DNA from: an uncultured Planctomycetaceae bacterium
GTDB taxonomy: Bacteria; Planctomycetota; Phycisphaerae; SM23-33
DNA length: 64,000 bases
Direction: 5' to 3'
Assembly (NCBI GenBank): GCA_964531695.1
Contig: CAZHEH010000013.1
Coordinates: forward strand, 6,000 to 69,999
Positions within the stretch are counted from its first letter, which is position 1. Each line of letters opens with the position of its first letter. Made by a program: the position numbers and the translations under genes. Below the pieces are notes generated by a model. The model ran no database searches. It saw only the letters and a program-made list of their open reading frames with translations, and had not been told where the DNA came from. Of the stretch, positions 1 to 7,847 are shown in pieces.

Positions 1-13
1 GCGCGGCGACAGA

Positions 14-343
14 GTGGCTATCACGACGCGAGGCGGACGGGGGGAGGTGGTCAACCTGGAGCCCAACGGGGAGTACCTCGCGTTTGACAGAGCCGCGAAG
101 GCCCGCGCCGAGCGATTCCTGAAGCTACTGGCCAGGCAGACCGGCTGGGCCTACCTGTCCGACCGATGGTCGTGGCACGGCTGGGTTCTACGGGAGTTCA
201 CCAAGCAAGACCTGAAGAGCCAAAAGGTGTCCGTGACCGGCAAGAGCTTCTCGGCTATGGTCGTCCGGAACCCGCTGTCATTCGCGATGACTTCCGGAGA
301 CAACTACGAATACACACTCGAGGAGCCGGCCAAGCTCACGTAG
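14..343 (+). CDS. Hypothetical protein, possibly the C-terminal part of a longer ORF running off the window start; convergent with the DNA methyltransferase
   Basis: ORF opens with GTG at 14 and has no in-frame stop upstream to position 2; no recognisable motifs; stops 3 nt before the stop of the convergent MTase. Confidence 0.3.
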   Translation: MAITTRGGRGEVVNLEPNGEYLAFDRAAKARAERFLKLLARQTGWAYLSDRWSWHGWVLREFTKQDLKSQKVSVTGKSFSAMVVRNPLSFAMTSGDNYEYTLEEPAKLT

Positions 344-346
344 CCC

Positions 347-1225
347 TTAGAAGAGCCGGGGCAGTTCGCGCTTCAGCCTCTTCTCCGCCAACTCGCAGTA
401 ATCCGGGCTAATCTCAAAGCCGAGGAAGTGCCTACCCAATCGCTTCGCGGCAACGGCGGTGGACCCGCACCCCAAGAATGGATCGAGGACGAGGCCCTCT
501 TCCGGGCAAAAGCACTGGATCAGGTCCTGAGGAATGGCGTCGGGAAATGGTGCCGGGTGCTTGCGCTTGACCGGATCCTTGTCGCCAGCCATCATGTAGT
601 CCCACACAGTGCCCCGACATTTCATCGCGTTGATGGGACGCCGCACTGTTTCTCCCGTTGTGCCATCGGTCTTCCGATTCCCGCTTCCGCTGAGTACCTT
701 GCCGCCATGCTTGGAGGGTATCTTGAGGGGCTCCTTATTGAAGTAGGCGGGTCGTTGACCCTTCAGGAACAGCGCGATGTACTCGTGATCCACGCGAAAG
801 CGATGCTGCCACCATGCCCCCTCCGTACCATTCTTTCGGTAGATCACGCACTCGAAGAGCTTGAAGCCGATGCTGTCGCACCAATCGACGATTGTCCGAA
901 AGGAAGTGAGGGTCTTTCCGAAGTTCTGTGTCTGGTCCTGTATGACCATCGCAGCAATGCCGCCGTTCTTCAGGACTCGATGCAACTCCTCGCCTGTGGC
1001 ATGCAGATCATAGGCAAAACCGTTGTAGTCCCTGATGCCATCGTACGGCGGGGAAGTGACCGCCATGTCAATGCACTCTGACGGAAGCTCCGACATCCCC
1101 TCAACGCAATCCATGCATTGGACCGTATCCAGCCAGTCGGCTCTGAGCCACTTCGCCGTCTGCATCTGTCCCATAGTCACCGTCTCCAGCCAGAGCGGGC
1201 GCTCCGCCCACCGCGGCTTGTCCAT
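347..1225 (-). CDS. Beta-class amino-DNA methyltransferase (N4-cytosine or N6-adenine), ParB-less
   Basis: Motif IV TSPPY precedes the AdoMet motif I DPFLGCGSTAVAA near the C-terminus, which is the beta-class order; the SPPY form is typical of m4C/m6A MTases. Confidence 0.85.
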   Translation of the reverse strand: MDKPRWAERPLWLETVTMGQMQTAKWLRADWLDTVQCMDCVEGMSELPSECIDMAVTSPPYDGIRDYNGFAYDLHATGEELHRVLKNGGIAAMVIQDQTQNFGKTLTSFRTIVDWCDSIGFKLFECVIYRKNGTEGAWWQHRFRVDHEYIALFLKGQRPAYFNKEPLKIPSKHGGKVLSGSGNRKTDGTTGETVRRPINAMKCRGTVWDYMMAGDKDPVKRKHPAPFPDAIPQDLIQCFCPEEGLVLDPFLGCGSTAVAAKRLGRHFLGFEISPDYCELAEKRLKRELPRLF

Positions 1226-1312
1226 CAGCGGTTATACCGAACCCGGCGGTGCCAGCCAAGTCGGCCCTGCCCCACCCCCGCCCACCGGCTACCACCCGCT
1301 AAACCCCTGCCC

Positions 1313-3988
1313 CTATTCCCGATACGGCCCCATGGGCCGGAAGGCGAGTCGGCTGTTGGCGGGGATGCGGCCGGATTCCTCGAAGATCAGCAGCTCGTTC
1401 TGCTCCTGGAGCCAGCACTCGGGCAGGTAGTAGTACTGCTGCGGGCCGACCGTCCAGAACCGCCCGCAGTCGTGCCCGTTGAGGTAGATCTGGCCCTTGC
1501 GCGCCCCGACGATGTGCAGGAACAGCGGCTCGCCCTTCGGCTCGTATTTGAAGCCGGTGACGTACCACGCGGGCTGGTCCTTGCCGACGACCTTGCCGCC
1601 TTCCTCAGGCACGGTCCACTCACGCCAGGACCAGTCCGCCTCGCCGGTCAGCGACTCGGCGAGCGTGTGCAGGGCGACCTGCTTGAGGGCGCCGGGCGAT
1701 TCCTCGCCCCACAGCATCAGCGTGATCTTGTTCTTGCCCTTCTTCAGGGCCGAGCCGAAGGTCACGTCGCCGAAGTTCGGCCCTCCTCCGGGCCAGAAGC
1801 CGCGCAGCTTGTCGTTGCACAGCACCGCGACGTGGTACGGCAGGTCCGTGAAGGAAAGGTGGATCGGGGCGACCTTCGTCAGCGGCACGGATGCCTCTGC
1901 CGCCCAGCAGGTGCATTCCGCCAGCGCCCCGGCCCGGTAGGCGTACTGCCGCGGGATGAGCCGCTTGGGGAAGCTCTCCTGCTCGTTGACGCGGAACTTG
2001 AGCGACTTCAGCGGCTTGGCGTCGTACACGTGGCCGAAGATGCCCTTCCTCTCGCCGAGTCGGCAGCCGGCGTTGAAGCGACCGAGGTTGTCGACCAGGG
2101 CGACCAGCACGTTGCGGCCCTTCTTGAAGCTCGCCGAGATCGGCTTGCGAACCGCACCCTCGCCCCGGCCCCAGGTGCCGATCAGCCGCCCGTTCAAGTA
2201 GAGCGTCGCGCGGTCTTCGCACTCGGGCAGGAAGAGCTTGCGCTGCCCGGCCCGCTTCGTGGTGATCTCCATGCGGTACCACGCGTAGCCGTAATGCACG
2301 CCGAGGCGGTCCACGTCCCTCGGGCCGGAGATCCGGGCCCACTCCAGCTCCTCGCCGTCGGCCGGCTCCGTGCAGACGCTGATGCGCTTCCACGCCTTCA
2401 GCCGCGGCGCCGTCGGCTTGCGCGCCGAACCGGCCTCCTTGACCTTGCGGTGCGAGAGCTTGCCCTCGTACGACAGCAGGGCGTACTGCTTCGCGCCCCG
2501 GGCGTGGACGATCTCCTCCTCCGGGTCCTCCCCGACGTACGCCGGGCCGAACAGGATGTGCTCCTCGAGCGGCCACGTCCGCATCGCCAGGTCGCTGTTG
2601 ACCAGCACGACCCGGAGGCCTTGCCATTCGACGATCTCCGGCTCGTCCTTGGCCGGCACTTCCGCGACGGTCTCGCGCCCGTTGACGCTGAACCGCGCCT
2701 CCCAGCCGGCCGGGCCGTGGAGAATCAGGGTGTTCTCGCCGAACAGCCCCAGCGGCGTCAGGTTGGCGTAATCGAGCGTGATCTCCTCGCTGAGGGCCAG
2801 GTCGACCGGCACGGCCGCGGCGCCGACGGGCGCCAGCGGCACGTCGAGTTCCCGGCCGCGAGGCAGAGAGACCCGGACCCGGTCGATGTCGTCTCGCCCG
2901 CTGTTGGTCACGACGGCCCAACTGCCCTCGGTGCCGGTGAGGTTCAGCACGTCCGAGGCGTCGTGGATGTTGACGCCCGGCTCCTCGACGAAGCACGAGG
3001 CGAAGAACCGCCCCATGTGGTGGGCCAGCAGGTTGACCAGCCGCGTGAGATAGTACTTTTCCGTCAGTCCGCCGCCCTCGGCCAGGGGGGCGTCGTAGTC
3101 GTAGCTGGTGGTCTGGTACGCCTCGGCCCCGTGCGGCAAGCGGCTGCCCCAGAAGCCGAAGTTCGTGCCGCCGTGCCACATGTACGCGTTGTACTGGCCG
3201 CCGGCACCGAGGATCTCCATCTGTCGGCGGGCCACGTCGCGCGGGTCGCGCTCGGCATGCTCACCGCCCCAACGGTCGAACCAGCCGACGTGATGCTCGG
3301 TGAACAGCAGCGGCGCGCTGGGCTGTCGAAGCGAGAGATGCTTGAGCTGCCGCACCTCGCGTTCGTAGCCGTTGAGGCACTCGATCGCCTCCGGCACGGG
3401 CGGGTCCGTGCAGTGGTTGCACGTGAGGATCGGGATCTCGAACCCGGCCCGCTGGAAGAGCTGGCTGATGAACTCCAGATACCGCAGCCGGTCCGGCATC
3501 GTGGTGTCGGTGTACTCGTTCTCGTTCTGGATCAGCAGGATGTTGCCCCCGCGCGGCACCTGAAGCTCCGCCAGCGGCGTGAGCACCTGGCGGAAGTACT
3601 TGTCGAAGTAGTGCGTGTAGGCGGCGTTGTTCGTACGGAAGCTCACGCCGCTGCGCGCCGTCAGCCAGCCCGGCAGGCCGCCGAAGTCCCACTCGGCGCA
3701 GATGTACGGGCCCGGACGCAGTATCACGTACAGCCCCAGCTCCCCGGCCGTGCGCACGAACTCGACGACGTCCTCCTGCCCCTCCATGCGCCACTCGCCC
3801 TCTGACGGCTCGTGAACATTCCACGCGACGTAGGTGCTGATGCAGTTGAGCCCCGCGCGGCGCGCCTTGACCAGCCGGTCCCGCCACAGCTCGTGCGGCA
3901 CGCGGAAGTAGTGGATCGAGCCGCTGGCCAGCCACACGCGGCTGCCGTCCACGAGGAAGCTCCGGTCATCGTAGGTTACGGTTGCCAT
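1313..3988 (-). CDS. Beta-galactosidase, glycoside hydrolase family 35
   Basis: N-terminal MATVTYDDRSFLVDGSRV...HYFRVPHELWRDRL...ISTYVAWNVHEP...ICAEWDFGGLPGWL...IQNENEY matches the GH35 TIM-barrel; start moved to an internal Met, since the upstream extension is an Arg/Pro-rich artefact. Confidence 0.85.
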   Translation of the reverse strand: MATVTYDDRSFLVDGSRVWLASGSIHYFRVPHELWRDRLVKARRAGLNCISTYVAWNVHEPSEGEWRMEGQEDVVEFVRTAGELGLYVILRPGPYICAEWDFGGLPGWLTARSGVSFRTNNAAYTHYFDKYFRQVLTPLAELQVPRGGNILLIQNENEYTDTTMPDRLRYLEFISQLFQRAGFEIPILTCNHCTDPPVPEAIECLNGYEREVRQLKHLSLRQPSAPLLFTEHHVGWFDRWGGEHAERDPRDVARRQMEILGAGGQYNAYMWHGGTNFGFWGSRLPHGAEAYQTTSYDYDAPLAEGGGLTEKYYLTRLVNLLAHHMGRFFASCFVEEPGVNIHDASDVLNLTGTEGSWAVVTNSGRDDIDRVRVSLPRGRELDVPLAPVGAAAVPVDLALSEEITLDYANLTPLGLFGENTLILHGPAGWEARFSVNGRETVAEVPAKDEPEIVEWQGLRVVLVNSDLAMRTWPLEEHILFGPAYVGEDPEEEIVHARGAKQYALLSYEGKLSHRKVKEAGSARKPTAPRLKAWKRISVCTEPADGEELEWARISGPRDVDRLGVHYGYAWYRMEITTKRAGQRKLFLPECEDRATLYLNGRLIGTWGRGEGAVRKPISASFKKGRNVLVALVDNLGRFNAGCRLGERKGIFGHVYDAKPLKSLKFRVNEQESFPKRLIPRQYAYRAGALAECTCWAAEASVPLTKVAPIHLSFTDLPYHVAVLCNDKLRGFWPGGGPNFGDVTFGSALKKGKNKITLMLWGEESPGALKQVALHTLAESLTGEADWSWREWTVPEEGGKVVGKDQPAWYVTGFKYEPKGEPLFLHIVGARKGQIYLNGHDCGRFWTVGPQQYYYLPECWLQEQNELLIFEESGRIPANSRLAFRPMGPYRE

Positions 3989-4390
3989 GGCGATGCCCTT
4001 CGTGCGAGCCCGCGCCCGGCCCACCTCGGCAGGCCGCCTGCACGGCCGCGGCGGGCCTGTTCCGCAAGCCGGATGCATTACGGCGCGAGCGATACGGCAT
4101 GGACTGCGATGGCCGGCATGGGCGAATGCCGGCCAAGGCCCTTGGTAACAAGTGTCTTCCGACATCTCCGAGTGTACGAACGGCCAATCGGCATGCAACA
4201 AAAAACGCCGACACGGCAACCTCTGTCGCTTATGTCAATACAAAACACAGCCACCAAACACGCAATGCTGGCCGCACGTTGTGATGCCGATGGCGCCAAC
4301 ACATAAAAACAGGCGATTCGGACGTATTTCGCTCACGGCCGGGCGCGGCGGAAATTCCAGTTAAGAACCCGTAAACTGTCAATCATTCGC

Positions 4391-4419
4391 TTGACGCGGG
4401 GCCGATGTACTGCTATAGT
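4391..4419 (+). promoter_or_regulatory. Putative sigma70-like promoter (TTGACG-17 nt-TATAGT) upstream of the PEP-CTERM gene
   Basis: Hexamers with 17-nt spacing lie in a locally AT-richer intergenic stretch about 130 nt upstream of the ATG at 4548. Confidence 0.3.
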
Positions 4420-4547
4420 ACTCGTGGTTCAAATGTCCGGTCCGCTCGGTGCTCAACCGGACTCGAATGAAGGATCAGGTGTGCGTTGCTCGCGCATGCG
4501 ATCGTCTTGCTCGGCTCGCCCACCACAGTATCAAGAGAGGTGTACTC

Positions 4548-5351
4548 ATGCTCACGCTCAAGCGAAGGGGAGTCCTTCCAGTATTGGTCGCGGCTGTTCT
4601 ACTCGTCGGCGGTGCCGCGCAAGGCGCGGTCATCTGGGACTTCGAGAATCCGGACAACAACCCGGACAACGGCTACAGTATCTCCGAAGTCATTGATGCC
4701 GATGGCATTCAGGTCGGCGACAAGCTGATCCGTTTCATCGAGGTCACTACGTCCAAGACGCAAGGCACCGTTGCGCCGGGCGCGGACGCCATTCAGGTCA
4801 AGGGCGTGCGTTTCGCCGGGATGGGGCCCGACGGCTACGAGCTGGGCCTGAAGTTCAACGGCGGCTGGTCTGCCGGAGGGCAGGAGATCTCGGATACCAC
4901 CCTCACGTTCAGCGTCGAGGTCGTCGACCCGGAGCTCACCGAGGGCTGGCTGATCAAGGACAACAAGCTCTCGCTGGCCGCCTTCGGCGTGTCCGACCCG
5001 CTGCCCGGCACCAGCACCGAGCAGGGCGGTATCGTCAGCGTATCCGAGAACGTCTACGGCAAGGACACCGAGTTGTTCCTGCCCAACAGCCCGGACAACC
5101 CCTCGATCGCTGACAAGTTCGCCTACTACCGGACGGACAACGACAAGCAGCTCTACGACGAGGCGGAGTTCGACCCCCTCGCCAAGATCTGGATCAAGAA
5201 GGATATCGTCGCCAACGGCGGCGACCTCCAAACCGGCTCGGCTCACATCAGCGAGTTCTACCAGCTCTTCAGCCAGGTGCCCGAGCCGACCACGATGGTA
5301 TTGCTCGGCCTGGGCGGGCTGGCGCTGATTCGTCGGCGACGGCGCGACTGA
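4548..5351 (+). CDS. PEP-CTERM sorting-domain secreted protein
   Basis: N-terminal signal peptide MLTLKRRGVLPVLVAAVLLVGGAAQG; C-terminal VPEPTTMVLLGLGGLALIRRRRRD is the PEP motif plus TM helix plus Arg cluster; AGAGAGG RBS before the ATG. Confidence 0.8.
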   Translation: MLTLKRRGVLPVLVAAVLLVGGAAQGAVIWDFENPDNNPDNGYSISEVIDADGIQVGDKLIRFIEVTTSKTQGTVAPGADAIQVKGVRFAGMGPDGYELGLKFNGGWSAGGQEISDTTLTFSVEVVDPELTEGWLIKDNKLSLAAFGVSDPLPGTSTEQGGIVSVSENVYGKDTELFLPNSPDNPSIADKFAYYRTDNDKQLYDEAEFDPLAKIWIKKDIVANGGDLQTGSAHISEFYQLFSQVPEPTTMVLLGLGGLALIRRRRRD

Positions 5352-5439
5352 AGCTAAGTCGCATCCCCCGAGTCACCATCAGGGCCCCGTCCATGCGGCG
5401 GGGCCTTGTTCTGCGCGGGCGGCGCGGCGGCCGCGGCAT

Positions 5440-6099
5440 TCAGACCGACGGGCGGGTCGTCGCCTGCTCGCCCGGCGCCTCTCCCGAGGTCCGCTCCATC
5501 CACTCGTCCCGGTTCGCCTGAATCCGCCGGAGGATGTCCTCCATCTTCCGGCGCTTCTCCGGCGTGAGGTCCGCCTCGTACTCGACCATCTCCTCCTCGA
5601 TGGCCCGGTCGATCGACCACTCGTGCATCAGCACGCGGTGCGCCGCGAAGGTCATGCCCGTGCGGTCCCGCCCGTGCTGGCAGTGCAGCAGCACCGGGCC
5701 GGGGCTCGTGCGGATCGACCGCAGGATCTCCACGAACTTCTCCTCGCTGGGCACCAGCTCGCTGATCGGGATGTGCACGAACTCGGCCCCCGCCTCGGCA
5801 CACTCGGCCCGCTCCCGCTCCAGCATCTCCGGCTCGGTCGCGTAGGTCCGCAAGGAGATGACCCGCTCGATGCCGTACCGTCCCAGCGCCCCCCACTGGA
5901 GCCCCCGCGGCTGCCGGCACCGGTAGACCCGCCCCGGCTCGATCTCGCCGAAGTACCGCAGCCGGTAGGCCCGGAAGTAGAACACCACGGCGAAGACGAT
6001 CAGAACGACCGCCGCAAGAACCGCCAGCGGGCCGGGGCGAAACAGCTTGCGAATCCGCATCATGTGAGTGCTATGAGCCAATGGAGGCATCCTTTGCAT
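5440..6099 (-). CDS. Membrane-anchored CX5R phosphatase (protein tyrosine/dual-specificity phosphatase fold), paralog 1
   Basis: Short basic N-terminus plus a single TM (LAVLAAVVLIVFAVVFYF), then P-loop LLHCQHGRDRTG; alternative start at Met13-14 (end 6063). Confidence 0.75.
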   Translation of the reverse strand: MQRMPPLAHSTHMMRIRKLFRPGPLAVLAAVVLIVFAVVFYFRAYRLRYFGEIEPGRVYRCRQPRGLQWGALGRYGIERVISLRTYATEPEMLERERAECAEAGAEFVHIPISELVPSEEKFVEILRSIRTSPGPVLLHCQHGRDRTGMTFAAHRVLMHEWSIDRAIEEEMVEYEADLTPEKRRKMEDILRRIQANRDEWMERTSGEAPGEQATTRPSV

Positions 6100-6943
6100 G
6101 CGTGGAGGCCGCGCCGGCCTCGCCTTGAGCCGGCAGCGCCAACTCGGCCCGGACCAACGGGTGGTCCGAGCAGTCCGTGTCGATCATCTCACCGGCGGTC
6201 GCCCGCAAGCCGCGGACCACCATCCAGTCTACGCGCTGGCGCCCGGCCTGGCCGACGTCCGGCACGGCCGTCACGCCCGGCTCGGCCAGCAGGGCCTGAA
6301 TCCGCGGATCGTCGTCCGGCGTGTTCATGTCGCCCATCAACACGACGGGCTCGGCCAGGCAGCGGAACAGGGCCAGCAGCGTGCGGAGCTGCTCGACGCG
6401 GTCGCGCCGGCGGTCCACGTGCGTGACGAGCACATTCAGCCCGGTTCGGCCCCAATCCAACCGCGCCAGCAGGAAGCTGCGCTGCTTCTTCGTCCCGAGG
6501 ACGGGAATCCGCTGCCACGCCACGGCCGGCAGGCGGCTCAGCAGCCCGTTGCCGAAGCTCATCCGCCCGAAACGCCGCTCCGTCGGAGCGAAGAGCCACG
6601 GCAGCCCAAGCTTGCGACCGAGCCGGGCGGCCTGGTCCGGCCGGCCGGCCTTCGGGCCGTGGACCTCGTTCAGGCCGATCACGTCCAGCCCCCCGAGCGC
6701 GGCGGCCGTGCGGTCGAGGTCGGCACGGTTGCCGGCGCCCTTGCCGCCGTGCATGTTCAGCAGTCCGATGCGGATCGGCCGGTCGGTCGGGAACGGCTCG
6801 GGCGGCGAGTGCCCTTCCGGCGAAAACAGGCCGACACCGTGCGCCGGCCCGGCCGGGCAGCGCAGCGGCCATTGGGCCGCGCCACGCGCCATGCGCCAGA
6901 AGCCCATCGAAACGTCTTCCAGAATGTGGCTGAATCGTTTCAC
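6071..6943 (-). CDS. Endonuclease/exonuclease/phosphatase (EEP) family protein
   Basis: Motifs LNMHGG, GLNEV, VLMGDMNTP and SDHPLV are typical of the EEP metal-dependent phosphoesterase fold; immediately upstream of, and co-oriented with, phosphatase paralog 1. Confidence 0.7.
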   Translation of the reverse strand: MKRFSHILEDVSMGFWRMARGAAQWPLRCPAGPAHGVGLFSPEGHSPPEPFPTDRPIRIGLLNMHGGKGAGNRADLDRTAAALGGLDVIGLNEVHGPKAGRPDQAARLGRKLGLPWLFAPTERRFGRMSFGNGLLSRLPAVAWQRIPVLGTKKQRSFLLARLDWGRTGLNVLVTHVDRRRDRVEQLRTLLALFRCLAEPVVLMGDMNTPDDDPRIQALLAEPGVTAVPDVGQAGRQRVDWMVVRGLRATAGEMIDTDCSDHPLVRAELALPAQGEAGAASTHAKDASIGS

Positions 6944-7169
6944 GGGAGCGGTTCGGTTCCGGCAGGTCCCGTGAGCATATCAGGTCCGGGGCCCGCGAGG
7001 GAACGGTCTGCGCATGGGCTCGCCGGGCGCCCCGTTGAACAGGCCGTTCCTGCCCCGATCGGCGGAAGCCATGCTTCAACGAACCGTCGTCGTTTGGCTC
7101 GCGGCGGCCGAGACACTATACTCCTCGATCAGGGTCGCGCCGCGCGGGCGCGGCGCTCGGCCCCGCACC

Positions 7170-7847
7170 ATGCCGGAATCGGAAGCCAAAACCCGCCGCC
7201 GCCGCAAGTGGCTCGTGCCTGTGCTCCTCGTGGGCGGGCTCGTGGCCGTCGCCGGCGGCTATGTGCTGCACCTGCGGTACGTCCGCAAGAACTTCGACAC
7301 GGTCGTCGACGGCCAGGTCTACCGCTCCGCCCAGCCCGGCGCCGCCGACCTCCGCGAGTGGCGCGACGAGCACGGCATCCGCACCGTGCTGAACCTCCGG
7401 GGCAACGAGGAACGCGAACCCGTGCGGGAGGAGATCGCCGCGGCCGGGGAGCTGGGGCTGAACTACGTCTGCATCCGCCTGCCCAACCGCGAGCACCCGG
7501 ACCCGGAGGACATCGCCGGGGTGATCGAGGTACTCCGCACGGCCGAGCGGCCCATCCTGTTTCATTGCCGCTCGGGCGCGGATCGCTCCGGCGTCATCGG
7601 CGTGGTCGCGGCGATGCTCGTCGGCGGGGAGAGCTACGAGCAGGCGTCCGAGGAGCTTTCCTGGCGGCACATGCACATCGATCGCGACCCCGAGCACGTG
7701 GCGGGCTTCATGATGCTGTACGAGGACTACTGCCGCGAGAAAGGCCTGGACACCGCCGGCTGGGAGCAGTTCGAGCACTGGTTCGAGACCATCTACAGCC
7801 CGCCGCGGCGGGCGAAGCCGACGACCCGCCCCACCACGCGACCATGA
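7170..7847 (+). CDS. Membrane-anchored CX5R phosphatase (PTP/DUSP fold), paralog 2
   Basis: Basic N-terminus KTRRRRKW plus TM LVPVLLVGGLVAVAGG; P-loop LFHCRSGADRSG; its stop overlaps the start of the downstream ArnT-like gene (ATGA). Confidence 0.75.
   Translation: MPESEAKTRRRRKWLVPVLLVGGLVAVAGGYVLHLRYVRKNFDTVVDGQVYRSAQPGAADLREWRDEHGIRTVLNLRGNEEREPVREEIAAAGELGLNYVCIRLPNREHPDPEDIAGVIEVLRTAERPILFHCRSGADRSGVIGVVAAMLVGGESYEQASEELSWRHMHIDRDPEHVAGFMMLYEDYCREKGLDTAGWEQFEHWFETIYSPPRRAKPTTRPTTRP

Noticed and set aside
1118-3805. 895-aa + strand ORF (and the 1620-3179 - strand ORF) overlapping the GH35 gene
   Set aside because: Arg/Ala/Pro/Gly-rich low-complexity translation typical of a stop-codon-poor antisense frame in 68% GC DNA; the GH35 frame has clear family motifs
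4449-4547. N-terminal 33-codon extension of the PEP-CTERM ORF
   Set aside because: The signal peptide begins at Met34, which has an AGAGAGG RBS; the extension would bury the signal peptide
7140-7801. Apparent 1-nt discrepancies between the printed sequence and ORF-track frames at line junctions (about 7141 and about 7801)
   Set aside because: Probably my own reading or alignment error at line boundaries rather than a real frameshift; ORF-track coordinates were used, so no pseudogene call was made
6098-7843. N-terminal 580 aa of the 1196-aa ORF 6098-9688
   Set aside because: Only the part from MTSPDASDS (7844) onward has ArnT-like motifs and TM helices; the upstream part is antisense to the EEP gene and overlaps the phosphatase gene with junk composition
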